Below are positions 29,931 through 39,640 of a stretch of 58,002 nt of DNA, piece after piece (position 1 is the stretch's first letter; every line of letters begins with the position of its first letter). The position numbers and the translations under genes were made by a program. The notes beneath the pieces are model-generated. The model worked only from the letters and a program-made list of their open reading frames with translations. It made no database searches and was not told the DNA's origin. Source of the DNA: Ferroplasma sp. (GTDB lineage Archaea > Thermoplasmatota > Thermoplasmata > Thermoplasmatales > Thermoplasmataceae); the NCBI RefSeq assembly GCF_037442045.1, contig NZ_JBBIRC010000001.1, forward strand, positions 1 through 58,002, read 5' to 3'.

Positions 29931-30920
29931 TCAAAACAATGTTATGTGGAAGAGCAAATGGAATATTTCTCCGGCAGTGAAAGTTATGGCAGCCGCACCA
30001 AGTGCAAGCAATGCCGACCTTAAGCCCGACTTAAATATTGGGATATTAAGGGAAAGTGCTACAATTGAGTTTGAAATTCCCTGCGCTACAAAGACAAGGA
30101 TAACGGAAAATATTACTGCTACATACCTGGAAAAAAAAATAAAGGGCAATATTGGAATTACAGCACCAAGTATATAAGAAACAGCGGTATTTAATGCTGA
30201 ATGTGTGGCTTCAGCAGAATATTTGCCGATCATATTTTCTATTGCCCTGCTTTTCGAAAATATATGCTTTCTGTTAAGCAATCCAATTTTATATTCAGAT
30301 TGTGATTTCTGTGCAAGATATGCACCGAGTGCCATGCTGAATGTTCCGCTTATTCCTACAACCATGCCGCTCAATGCAATATCCATATGATTTGTTATTA
30401 TGGCGGAAAGGCCAACTAAGGTTGCAAGTACTTCAACAAGTCCGTCGCTCATGCCATATAGAAAATCCCTGCTCTTTTGAATGTTTTTTTCACTGTTAGA
30501 AATTTTATTTGCAAATATTTCTTCATGCTCCATTTCTGAAATAATCAGATCATGCACCTTTTTTTTGTAAATATCATCTTCTTTATAATTATCAAGATAA
30601 GCTTTATACTTTTTAATTGATTGATATTCACCGTGTTCAAGTAAATTAATAATAAGGCTCTTGCCAACAACTTTTCTTATTATTATCATGAAAAGATATT
30701 TAAATTTCCTGTACTTGATCTTGTTCATATTTACGTTTGATGATTTCAGTGATTCTCCCCAGAAATTGGCATGTTCACTTTCAGTAGCTGCAAGTTTCCT
30801 GAAGTTCTCTTTCAGATCAGGATCATCTGTTGTTCTGTACATATATGAATAGAACACCATATCTGTCAATTCATCACGAAGGAAATTTATCTGATATCGT
30901 GGGTTGGAGTCTGCAACCAT
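29931..30920 (-). CDS. ferritin/rubrerythrin-like domain fused to a VIT1/CCC1 membrane domain (MbfA-like iron detoxification/export)
   Basis: N-terminal E..Y, ESEH, E, EMEH di-iron pattern; C-terminal RDFLYGMSDGLV, SMALGAYL, GAVIPILPF (VIT1). ATG 30920 lies about 25 nt below TTTTATAT; the ORF is open to 31010. Confidence 0.85.
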   Translation of the reverse strand: MVADSNPRYQINFLRDELTDMVFYSYMYRTTDDPDLKENFRKLAATESEHANFWGESLKSSNVNMNKIKYRKFKYLFMIIIRKVVGKSLIINLLEHGEYQSIKKYKAYLDNYKEDDIYKKKVHDLIISEMEHEEIFANKISNSEKNIQKSRDFLYGMSDGLVEVLATLVGLSAIITNHMDIALSGMVVGISGTFSMALGAYLAQKSQSEYKIGLLNRKHIFSKSRAIENMIGKYSAEATHSALNTAVSYILGAVIPILPFIFFSRYVAVIFSVILVFVAQGISNSIVALSLNIPIFKSGLRSALLALGAAAITFTAGEIFHLLFHITLF

Positions 30921-31099
30921 ACAGCTAAATAGAGCAATCATATAAAAGGGCTCCCGCTCATTTAGGTATACCTTTATTGTTATATACATCGTATACAGAG
31001 CATTAACCATAAATAGAGATTAATTTATTATACCAATAATATAATAATACAAAAATGTACTGATGGCAAACTATATAACTGTTCTAAGATTATATTTTT

Positions 31100-32452
31100 A
31101 TGGAAAATAATGTATTGCTAAACGGCGTTGAAATTAAAACTGAACTGCCTGGTCCAAATGCAAAAAAAGTAATAAAAGAAGATGAAAAATACCTGGCGAC
31201 TTCAACAAAGTCTTTGCCTGTTGTTGCATCAAGAGGTTTGGGATGTTATATTGAAGATGTTGATAAAAATGTTTTCCTTGATTTTTCAAGTGGAATTAGC
31301 ACCACAAATATAGGTTACGGCAATCAGTATGTTATTTCTAAAGTTCAGGATCAGCTGCATAAATTATGGCATTTTGCAGGAACAGATTTTTACTATGAAG
31401 AGCAGGTAGAATCGGCAAAGGCACTCATCAATGTTTCTCCCGGGAGCCATGACAAAAAGGTCTTTTATACAAATAGCGGTGCAGAAAGCAACGAAGCGTC
31501 ACTGAAGCTTGCCAGAAGCTATACAAAGCGGCCACAGTTTATTGGGTTTATAGGGGGCTTCCATGGAAGAACAATGGGTGCACTGGCATTCACAGCATCA
31601 CAGCCTATACATCATGATGGATTTTTCCCTGAGATGGATGGAGTTACACACATACCATTTCCAGATCCATACAGAAATCCTTTCAATATAGATGGGTATG
31701 ATGATCCCGATGGCCTTACAAATGCAATTTTAGATTATCTGGAAGATTATGTGTTTGGAAAATTTTTGCCATCCAATAGTGTTGCTGCCATACTTGTTGA
31801 ACCCATACAGGGAGAAGGAGGATATGTAGTCCCACCAAGAGATTTCCATAAAAAACTTATGGAGCTCGCACATGACAATGAAATATTATATATAATGGAT
31901 GAAGTCCAGACAGGTTTTGGGAGAACTGGAACATTCTTCGCATCAGAATATTTTGGTGTCGACCCTGATATTATGTCCGTGGCTAAATCCATTGCTTCGG
32001 GAATACCAATGGGTGCATCGGTTGTAAAAAGCAAATATGATTTTGAAAAATCTGGGCTGCATTCCAATACTTTTGGCGGGAATCTTCTGGCTTCAGTTGC
32101 AAGCCGTGCAACAATTGAGGAAATAAAAAATCAGGATATGCTCGGAAATGCCAGAAAAATGGGAGACTATATGAATAAAAGATTGCATGAACTGCAGGAA
32201 AAGTACGATAACATTGGAGATGTGAGAGGGCTTGGATTAATGCAGGCAATAGATTTTGTTAAGAACCGGAAAACGAAGGCACATTTCAGCGAACTGAGAG
32301 ATAAAACTATAGAAAATGCATACAAAAAAGGGCTTATACTGCTTGGAGCTGGAGAAAGCGGAATTCGTTTCATACCTCCACTTATAATAAATGAAAAACA
32401 GATCGATGAGGCAATGAATATACTTGGAAGTTCAATAAAACAGAGCTTATAA
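31100..32452 (+). CDS. class III PLP aminotransferase (4-aminobutyrate/acetylornithine aminotransferase family)
   Basis: DFSSGI, NSGAESNE, FHGRT, EPIQGEGG, DEVQTGFGRTG, AKSIASG, HSNTFGGN. Confidence 0.92.
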   Translation: MENNVLLNGVEIKTELPGPNAKKVIKEDEKYLATSTKSLPVVASRGLGCYIEDVDKNVFLDFSSGISTTNIGYGNQYVISKVQDQLHKLWHFAGTDFYYEEQVESAKALINVSPGSHDKKVFYTNSGAESNEASLKLARSYTKRPQFIGFIGGFHGRTMGALAFTASQPIHHDGFFPEMDGVTHIPFPDPYRNPFNIDGYDDPDGLTNAILDYLEDYVFGKFLPSNSVAAILVEPIQGEGGYVVPPRDFHKKLMELAHDNEILYIMDEVQTGFGRTGTFFASEYFGVDPDIMSVAKSIASGIPMGASVVKSKYDFEKSGLHSNTFGGNLLASVASRATIEEIKNQDMLGNARKMGDYMNKRLHELQEKYDNIGDVRGLGLMQAIDFVKNRKTKAHFSELRDKTIENAYKKGLILLGAGESGIRFIPPLIINEKQIDEAMNILGSSIKQSL

Positions 32453-32971
32453 ATTTAAATAATTTATTAAAGTTGTAAGTGGGAGGCCATTTTCCCATCT
32501 CAGTATATAATTTCCCGTTTTTGTAACTTCCTGCTTTGGAAGAAGCTCATAAAGTCCCCTCATTTTTCCCTTATAACTATAATTGCTCTCTATTGAAAAG
32601 AACCTCCAGAAATCACCCTTATAATTTTTTAATCTGTATGCATAAGTTATAAAAAGCCCGGATAAGATACATCTATTATGCAATTTTAATGCCTGATCCT
32701 GCTTGGTTCCGGAGGCTTCACTGAATGCTAAATGGTCTCTGGATGAGGATTTTACCTCTATAACAAGAGAATAATCATCACGCAGAGCCACAAGATCTGC
32801 CCCAAATGATCCTGCTGCCCTTGCAACATAGAATGGTTTGTCGAATATTGTATATATTGTATCCCTTGACACCGGATCCAGATTTTTTGCTATTCTTTCC
32901 ACCGTGTTTTTTGTTCCTGATAGTATGTTCATTAATTCTCTTTCATATATGCTGCCGTTCATTTCAATCAC
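32447..32971 (-). CDS. hjc: Holliday junction resolvase Hjc-like PD-(D/E)XK nuclease
   Basis: G..YEREL, VARAAGS..ADLVA, IEVKSS; has an insertion after helix 1. Confidence 0.75.
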   Translation of the reverse strand: MIEMNGSIYERELMNILSGTKNTVERIAKNLDPVSRDTIYTIFDKPFYVARAAGSFGADLVALRDDYSLVIEVKSSSRDHLAFSEASGTKQDQALKLHNRCILSGLFITYAYRLKNYKGDFWRFFSIESNYSYKGKMRGLYELLPKQEVTKTGNYILRWENGLPLTTLINYLNL

Positions 32972-32975
32972 TGAA

Positions 32976-33461
32976 TTAAATTTTCAGGTCTTTTCTTATG
33001 TTCTTTAAAGAGTTAAGGCGATATTCAGACCTTTTTATGGCTTCCTCAAATCTGGCCTTTTCATCTGAAGTTTCAGGAATAATTTCAGGTATCTCTGAAG
33101 CATGGCCATTCTCATCAATTGCAACATAAGTAAAAAATGCTCTGGTCGTGACACTTTTATTTCCAGTTTCCACATTTTCCGAGGATACGTCAATTTCAAT
33201 TTCCATTGTTGATTTAGTAGTGTAAGTAACCATAGAGTGCAAATGAACTATATAACCGAGTTTTATTGGCGAAAGAAAGAACAGGCTGTCTATACTCCCT
33301 GTTACAACCTTTTTTCTGCAGTGCTTAAATGCAGTTATGCTTCCTATATTATCCATCCATTCTACAAGGCGTCCACCATATAAATCACTAAACATGTTTG
33401 TATCTTCAGGGAGTACAATAATCTCCGAATTAACTTCTGATTCGCTTACTCTTTTTTCCAT
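32976..33461 (-). CDS. acyl-CoA thioesterase (hotdog fold, YciA-like)
   Basis: PEDTN...LYGG..VEWMD, VVT, F..PI..G, TYVAID. Confidence 0.92.
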   Translation of the reverse strand: MEKRVSESEVNSEIIVLPEDTNMFSDLYGGRLVEWMDNIGSITAFKHCRKKVVTGSIDSLFFLSPIKLGYIVHLHSMVTYTTKSTMEIEIDVSSENVETGNKSVTTRAFFTYVAIDENGHASEIPEIIPETSDEKARFEEAIKRSEYRLNSLKNIRKDLKI

Positions 33462-33523
33462 GCAGGTTTATTATAGATAATTTAATAATCTTATCATAAA
33501 TACTTAATTATTGATGATGCTTC

Positions 33524-34273
33524 ATGCAGAGAATTGTAATAGCAGCAGTCCAGAATGGTTCTGGAGAAAATACGGAAAATCCGAATTTAACTTTTTTTGA
33601 AGAAATATTCAAAGAGTTTGGTAAAACTATTTCCGAAAATGAAATTGTATTTACTTATAGCTGCAAATATGCATGGTATCCAGATCAGAGTTTTATTTCG
33701 ATAAGTTCTATATTGAACACTTATGATCGCATTAAATATAGAGCAGGGTATTCCAGAGATATTGTACCAGTTCCTGCCAGAGTTGAAATTTCCAGGGTTT
33801 CATCTGCTAACAATGCTTTATCCAATAATAAAAACGGCGATAGAAATGGAGTCAACAAATTAATAATGGAGCCGGTACCGGTGGATGTGCTGGAAAAATC
33901 CGCAATAATGGCACTTTTATCAGATGGATATTTGCCTATTGTAATACCGGATTTTCCAGTTGCAAAGGAGCTTCAGTATTATTCTGATTCAAAGGAAAGT
34001 GTTGATATTTATTCGGCTTCTTCCCTGCTTGCAACTCTTATAGAAGCCGATAAACTTATAATTATATCTGAAAGAAGATTGGCCATTGACAATATTGAAA
34101 CATTAAAAAATATAAAATATGCCAGACTAAGGGAGTTATTTTATAATAGCTCCTTTAAAGACCCTGAAATGCTGAAAATAATAGGGGCAATGCTGGATTT
34201 TATTTATAAAGGAGGAAAAGCTACTATGCTTATTTCATCCAATATGGAAAAGGTAATAGATATTAAAAAATAA
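33524..34273 (+). CDS. carbamate kinase-like protein (amino-acid-kinase fold) with degenerate active site
   Basis: MQRIVIA, PVPVDVLEKSAIMALLSDGY, ASSLLATLIEADKLIII and DFIYKGGK resemble ArcC. GGN, GGG, DKD and GSMxPK motifs are absent. Confidence 0.6.
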   Translation: MQRIVIAAVQNGSGENTENPNLTFFEEIFKEFGKTISENEIVFTYSCKYAWYPDQSFISISSILNTYDRIKYRAGYSRDIVPVPARVEISRVSSANNALSNNKNGDRNGVNKLIMEPVPVDVLEKSAIMALLSDGYLPIVIPDFPVAKELQYYSDSKESVDIYSASSLLATLIEADKLIIISERRLAIDNIETLKNIKYARLRELFYNSSFKDPEMLKIIGAMLDFIYKGGKATMLISSNMEKVIDIKK

Positions 34274-34879
34274 TTATTCATTGTTACTGCTTATTACAGC
34301 ATCAGGGTGAACAAAACATTTCCTGCATCTGGGCTCATAACTTTCCATTCCCCCTATTTTAATCTGTTCGCCGAATACTTCTTTGCCATTCATAATTCTC
34401 TGTGTAAATGTTGCATCCTCGCCGCATCTGGCACAAACGGCTGTCAGAGAATAAACCTGATCAGACCTTGCTATGATTTCCATAGATGTTTTAAACGGGG
34501 TACCAAGATGGTTCTTGTTCAATGCAGCGATATAAACAATTTTATTTTCACTGGCGATTTTATCGGCTATTTCTGGCAATATTGAATTATGGTTCCAGAA
34601 TTGTGCCTCGTCTATGCCTATTACATCAACATTTTTTGAAAGTTCATACATTTTTTTCACTCCTTCATTATCAACATTAAGAACTATTGCAGGAAGCCTC
34701 ATTCCCTTATGGGTTGTTACAAACGTTGTATCATACCTTTTATCAATTTCTGGCTTAAACAGCAATGTGTTCCTTCCGGCCAAAATTTCGCGCTCAAGCA
34801 GTTCAATTAATCTGGAAGTTTTCCCAGAAAACATTGGGCCTGTAATTGTTATTAGTTTGCCCATACTGATGTTCTTCAT
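34274..34879 (-). CDS. tdk: thymidine kinase
   Basis: GPMFSGKT, FKP.ID.RY, IDEAQF, Zn site CARC...RCRKC, GG.ESYEP. Alternative ATG is 34864. Confidence 0.95.
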   Translation of the reverse strand: MKNISMGKLITITGPMFSGKTSRLIELLEREILAGRNTLLFKPEIDKRYDTTFVTTHKGMRLPAIVLNVDNEGVKKMYELSKNVDVIGIDEAQFWNHNSILPEIADKIASENKIVYIAALNKNHLGTPFKTSMEIIARSDQVYSLTAVCARCGEDATFTQRIMNGKEVFGEQIKIGGMESYEPRCRKCFVHPDAVISSNNE

Positions 34880-35207
34880 ATTTTCGTATAATTAACTTGT
34901 ATATGTTTTTTGACTCTCCGGAGCTATGGTTGTTAAAAATAGAAATTGCGGAATCCTTCAATTGTATTTAATTCCAGGCATTTATTAATATTCTATTAAA
35001 TTTAATTTAACTGCATATTTTTTCTGCATTCGTAAGAATTTATTTCCAATTGTTATTCCATACTCATAACCCGGTAAAAATACACATATTACTCAATTTA
35101 TGTTATTTTGCTCAGTTTCGACTATGACATACTTTTAATGCGCTTAATTATCATCTTCGAAAATCTTATTTGTATAGACATGATTATGGACATACCCGGG
35201 TGAATTA

Positions 35208-35507
35208 ATGGAGGCAGAGATAACAAATTTTAGAGAATATTATGATAACAAAATCATAACAGCGTTGATAGGGATAGAAGCGGATGTAAACAACGTAGAT
35301 ACAATTGGAAGGATAATTGGAGAAAACAAAAACGTCGAAGAAATATTTGTGGTTACCGGTGAATACGATTTATTGATCAAAGTCAGATTTCCCGATTACG
35401 TAGCTCTTGAAAAGTTCATAGTTAATAACCTTAATTCAATAGAAGGGATAAGAAAATCCAGAACAATGATGGTATTGTCCATCATTAAGGATGTATATAT
35501 GAGGTGA
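35208..35507 (+). CDS. Lrp/AsnC ligand-binding (RAM) domain protein lacking the HTH domain
   Basis: ITALIGI, VEEIFVVTGEYDLLIKV, IEGIRKSRTMMVL; 99 aa; RBS GGGTGA. Confidence 0.88.
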   Translation: MEAEITNFREYYDNKIITALIGIEADVNNVDTIGRIIGENKNVEEIFVVTGEYDLLIKVRFPDYVALEKFIVNNLNSIEGIRKSRTMMVLSIIKDVYMR

Positions 35508-35511
35508 TATA

Positions 35512-35769
35512 ATGGATGAGAATTTATTTAATGAAGTTATGGCACTGATGGATGATCTGGAAGATGATTCCTCCATGCCAAGAAATGTTAGAAAGACCTC
35601 TGCTGAAGCAAAGGAGAAGATGAAAGAAGATAAGGAAAGCCTTGATCTCAGGTGTGCTACTGTCATATCCAAACTTGATGATATGTCCAATGACCCGAAT
35701 GTACCCTCACATGGCAGGGCAGCAATATATACCATAATTAGCAAACTGGAAGCACTTTCTAAATCATAA
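35512..35769 (+). CDS. UPF0147 family protein
   Basis: D.SMPRNVR, LDDMSNDPNVP.HGR, ISKLE; RBS GAGGTGA. Confidence 0.9.
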   Translation: MDENLFNEVMALMDDLEDDSSMPRNVRKTSAEAKEKMKEDKESLDLRCATVISKLDDMSNDPNVPSHGRAAIYTIISKLEALSKS

Positions 35770-35870
35770 ATTAATTTATGGAACAACGAAAAATGTTTCA
35801 GTTATTATATATTAATTTTTTTTTACATAGTTAAATATTTATAACATTATAATATTATTAACAGATTAAA

Positions 35871-36227
35871 ATGGCGCTTTCTGAAGAAGTTAACAAATTA
35901 GCGAAATACTTGATGGTGTCGGACATACCAAGAAGTGTGGCATACACGCTTGTGTACATAAAGGACAAGGGAGAAATAACATCTGTAGAGATAGAAAGGG
36001 AAACTGGTTTAAGGCAACCAGAAGTATCCATAGCAATGCAATGGTTACGCAGAAAAAACTGGATAGTAAAGCGGAATATGAAAAAAGAAGGCAAGGGCCG
36101 GCCCATACATGGATATAAACTATCAAAGGATTTCAATGAAATACTTGAAGAGATAATAAATGAACGTGAAAAAAAGATAGATGAAATAAATAGCACGATA
36201 AATCAGTTAAAAAATTTTAAAAATTAA
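35871..36227 (+). CDS. archaeal winged-helix transcriptional regulator
   Basis: VAYTLVY, SVEIERETGLRQPEVSIAM, KEGKGRP...Y.L. Confidence 0.85.
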   Translation: MALSEEVNKLAKYLMVSDIPRSVAYTLVYIKDKGEITSVEIERETGLRQPEVSIAMQWLRRKNWIVKRNMKKEGKGRPIHGYKLSKDFNEILEEIINEREKKIDEINSTINQLKNFKN

Positions 36228-36291
36228 TATATTATTTTTATAAATAATTTTTAAACATAAAAATATTAATTGTATATTGCTATATTGGGTT

Positions 36292-36768
36292 ATGTCATCT
36301 ATCGGACAATCTATTGTTGCTGGATTAAAATCAGGATTCATATATTTTCTTATTGCATCTATAGTAAATGTACTGATAATTTACATATTTATAGGTGAAA
36401 TTGCCTTTGCATACGGTATACTCATTACTTCTTCTAAGGCCTCGCTTTTATTTACAGTTTTAATCATTCGCCAGGTATTTGATATATTTTTGCTGGGCAT
36501 AATTTTTGGAATAGTTTATTCTATTCTGCTTGCAAAGTATTTTGATATTCTTCCCAGAAATACACTGAATGGAAAAATAAAATTTCTTGTAATAGCATAC
36601 TGGCTCGTGTTTTTTGTTATTATTACAGCAGATGAACTTGGCATAGCTGGAATGTATAGCATGATTTTCTATTTCGTATCATACGTTGTTGCAAATTTCC
36701 TTTTAGCACTTTTATTTGGGAATCTGTTAAAAAAATATAATTCCAGATATTTGAATCAAAGTGCATAA
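36292..36768 (+). CDS. hypothetical integral membrane protein (about 4 TM helices)
   Basis: Strongly hydrophobic ORF. ATG 36292; the ORF is open from 36277. Confidence 0.75.
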   Translation: MSSIGQSIVAGLKSGFIYFLIASIVNVLIIYIFIGEIAFAYGILITSSKASLLFTVLIIRQVFDIFLLGIIFGIVYSILLAKYFDILPRNTLNGKIKFLVIAYWLVFFVIITADELGIAGMYSMIFYFVSYVVANFLLALLFGNLLKKYNSRYLNQSA

Positions 36769-37928
36769 TAATATTTGTCGATAATTTGTACTCTAATATT
36801 TGTATTATACCATTCAATATGACTTTTTACTCCATTTTCATAAACTGATGGCAAAAATGGCGTTTTTAGTAGTAAATTATTTTCATCATCCAGCTTGCAT
36901 TCAACATAGCTCAGTGGAATGCCAAAGGATCCTTTTCTGATATCATCAAATGGATTTATATGCGTGGTAAGTGTGTATTCATCTGATCTGCCCATTATCA
37001 AGGGAATTTTTGTAAATTTATTAAGAGCATTTTCTATTTTAGGAGCGAAAAATGGCATTATGCAATATTTTACACCAAAAATATTTGTTTTAATATCCAT
37101 TATTTTGGAATAAAAATCTGGATTCCCTATTAGAAAATCCGGAGTGGTTCTGGATATGCTGCTAATCTTATCGATTATAATAGTTCCTGAAAATGTGAAT
37201 GGAAGCAATAGGGAATATACTATTCCAAGAGGAGTTGAAGGCACTATTGATGAGAAAAATTTAGGGCGTGCGTCAAACTTTGGTAACCAGTAATTTAGTA
37301 TAAATGTTGATTCCATGAATTTTTTCACTGTAAATACAAAAAGTTTATCGTGAATATAAAACATAATTTCTGAAAAGCCAGATTCATCAGAACCATGATC
37401 ATTATTCCCGCTGTATATAAATTCAAAAAATTTCAGTATATTTTTTCCATATTTTATCCGTTTATAATGTTTTATAGTGTATATTATTGCTTTGCCAAGA
37501 GTGAGAAAATCGTCAGGGTCCGATACAATATATTTTATTTTCTCATTAATAGCCTTTGAAACAAATTTTTTGCATATTACTATTACATTTATGCCATGCT
37601 TTTCTGCATACTCATTAATTGTTTTTTCGTCAAGATTCCCATCAATTATAAGAGGGGCAGCTCCAATTTTAAAGCATGAAAGCATGGAAATGATATATTG
37701 GGGCGAATAATCCATTGCAATTCCTATTATGTCGCCTTTCTTCACATTCAATACATGCTGAAGCTGATATGCCATGGAATCAATATAACGGAGTAATTTT
37801 GAGTATGTTATGTATTTCTCATAAAATATTATTGCAGGCCGGCTTCCATTCACTTCCGTATTTCTCTCCAGAAGTGCGTATGCTGAAATGTTTGGTATAT
37901 TCACATGCCCATTTAAGGCTTCAATCAT
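36756..37928 (-). CDS. AMP-binding (long-chain acyl-CoA ligase-like) protein, degenerate and lacking the C-terminal domain
   Basis: PAIIF...ITY..L, VKKGDIIGI, FKIGA, THINP...GSFGIPL..VECK. No TSGTTGxPKG, GYGxTE or TGD motif. Confidence 0.65.
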   Translation of the reverse strand: MIEALNGHVNIPNISAYALLERNTEVNGSRPAIIFYEKYITYSKLLRYIDSMAYQLQHVLNVKKGDIIGIAMDYSPQYIISMLSCFKIGAAPLIIDGNLDEKTINEYAEKHGINVIVICKKFVSKAINEKIKYIVSDPDDFLTLGKAIIYTIKHYKRIKYGKNILKFFEFIYSGNNDHGSDESGFSEIMFYIHDKLFVFTVKKFMESTFILNYWLPKFDARPKFFSSIVPSTPLGIVYSLLLPFTFSGTIIIDKISSISRTTPDFLIGNPDFYSKIMDIKTNIFGVKYCIMPFFAPKIENALNKFTKIPLIMGRSDEYTLTTHINPFDDIRKGSFGIPLSYVECKLDDENNLLLKTPFLPSVYENGVKSHIEWYNTNIRVQIIDKYYYAL

Positions 37929-37951
37929 TATAATAGAATGGCTAAAAAGGT

Positions 37952-39325
37952 TTAAATCTTATTATTCAGAACATTTTTAATATTTTCTATCATATCCATT
38001 ACACTGTAATAATTGCCATATTTTTTATATGCTATTTCACCGCATTTTTTATTGATCATTGAACCAAGTACGGCAGAATTAAATGGACTTACTTTACGTG
38101 ATGCAATGCCTGCAACCATTCCTGCCAGCACATCTCCTGTTCCGCCCATTGTCATTCTGCTGTTGCCGCCACAGGAGCGTTTTATTTTGTTGCCATCAGT
38201 AATTATATCAATTTCTCCTTTTAATAAAACTACAATTTTAAATTTTTTCGCAACGATCATTGCATTTTCCTCAGTAGGATCCATTCCCGTAAATGCAGTA
38301 AATTCCATCCTATGTGGCGTTATTATGGCATTTCTGCCAGCAACTTCTTCAGGTTTTATAACTTTCAAAGCGTCTGCATCGAGAATTAATTGCCCCTTAT
38401 AATTACTCAGCGCATATCTCATTAAATCTATTGCATCCTGGGTTTTTCCCATTCCTGGGCCAATAAGCAGTGAATCCATTTTTGATAAATCTGGAAATTT
38501 CGAATTTTTTACAGAATAAAACATCAATCCCGGATTGTAGGAAAGTATTATTGGCCTATTTTCATTGTTTGAAAATACCTTAACAAGATCAGGGCCTGCA
38601 TTATATGCCGATAATGATGACATAACTGCTGCTCCTGTAAATTCCCAGCCGGCAAGAATTCCAATTACACCATTCATTCCCTTATGGGATTCTGGACTGG
38701 AAACGGGCATATACACCATGTCTCCTGGCCCTGCGGTGGATTTTATTGCCTCTGGAATTCCAATATCGCATACAGAGATTTCGCCACTGTTTTCTATTCC
38801 CATTCCAGTTTTAATATCTGTAAACGTAACAGTATACTCAGGTTTTATCTTTTTGCTTGATGGGAATCCTGAAGGCACATCTATTGATATAACTGGCTTT
38901 CCGCTTTTGTTTATAGTATCGATAATATTGCTATATGGTTCCCCAGGTTCATCCTTAATTCCTGTGCCAAATATTGAGTCAATAATTATATCTGACTCTG
39001 AAATTATGAGTTCGAGAGATGATACAGAACAATAAATTCCGTTGTAATCATTGAAAGCCCTTCTGGATTCCGGAGTTTTCAGGCTGTTTATTCCTTTAAT
39101 TAATATAACCGAAACTTTATATTTTTTAAGAAGGTATTCTCCAGCGCATATACCATCTCCTGCATTGTTGCCGGTACCACATATTATAGCTATTGATTTT
39201 GCAGCAGGAAACTTTGATCTTACAAAATCTGATACAGCTTTGCCTGCATTTTTCATCAATTCATATGTATCGCCATAAATGCTCTTGTAATTAATATCCA
39301 TGCATTTTTCATCAAGATAATCCAT
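37952..39325 (-). CDS. nnr: bifunctional NAD(P)H-hydrate epimerase/dehydratase
   Basis: LMKNAG, CGTGNNAGDG, DSIFGTG, SIDVPSG, SHKG..G, GPGMG, DADAL, TPH..EF, GGTGDVLAG. Confidence 0.94.
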   Translation of the reverse strand: MDYLDEKCMDINYKSIYGDTYELMKNAGKAVSDFVRSKFPAAKSIAIICGTGNNAGDGICAGEYLLKKYKVSVILIKGINSLKTPESRRAFNDYNGIYCSVSSLELIISESDIIIDSIFGTGIKDEPGEPYSNIIDTINKSGKPVISIDVPSGFPSSKKIKPEYTVTFTDIKTGMGIENSGEISVCDIGIPEAIKSTAGPGDMVYMPVSSPESHKGMNGVIGILAGWEFTGAAVMSSLSAYNAGPDLVKVFSNNENRPIILSYNPGLMFYSVKNSKFPDLSKMDSLLIGPGMGKTQDAIDLMRYALSNYKGQLILDADALKVIKPEEVAGRNAIITPHRMEFTAFTGMDPTEENAMIVAKKFKIVVLLKGEIDIITDGNKIKRSCGGNSRMTMGGTGDVLAGMVAGIASRKVSPFNSAVLGSMINKKCGEIAYKKYGNYYSVMDMIENIKNVLNNKI

Positions 39326-39417
39326 AAAAAAATATTGTTATGGCGTACTTAAACATAACTCAACGAATAGCTGAAGAATTCACATTAATAATATATATGA
39401 CATTGTAATAATTAATT

Positions 39418-39627
39418 ATGTCAAGAATAGTATTGCATGAAAGAGATAAGCCCTATATGGTAAAAGTCGGTGATAAAGAACTCCATCTTTGTGCCTGTGG
39501 ATTGTCAGAAAATAAGCCATATTGTGATGGGCACCATATGAAAACCACTGATGAAGGAAATAAATTATATGTTTATGACCACAACGGAAATAGAATGGAA
39601 GTAAGTTCATTTTATAAAAAAGAATGA
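39418..39627 (+). CDS. CDGSH iron-sulfur domain protein
   Basis: LCACGLSENKPYCDGHH (C-x-C-x9-C-x3-H). Confidence 0.92.
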   Translation: MSRIVLHERDKPYMVKVGDKELHLCACGLSENKPYCDGHHMKTTDEGNKLYVYDHNGNRMEVSSFYKKE

Positions 39628-39640
39628 ATAAATTAAATTT

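Noticed and set aside
34916-34923. CTCCGGAG palindrome upstream of tdk
   Set aside because: A single 8-bp palindrome with no second copy or other support.
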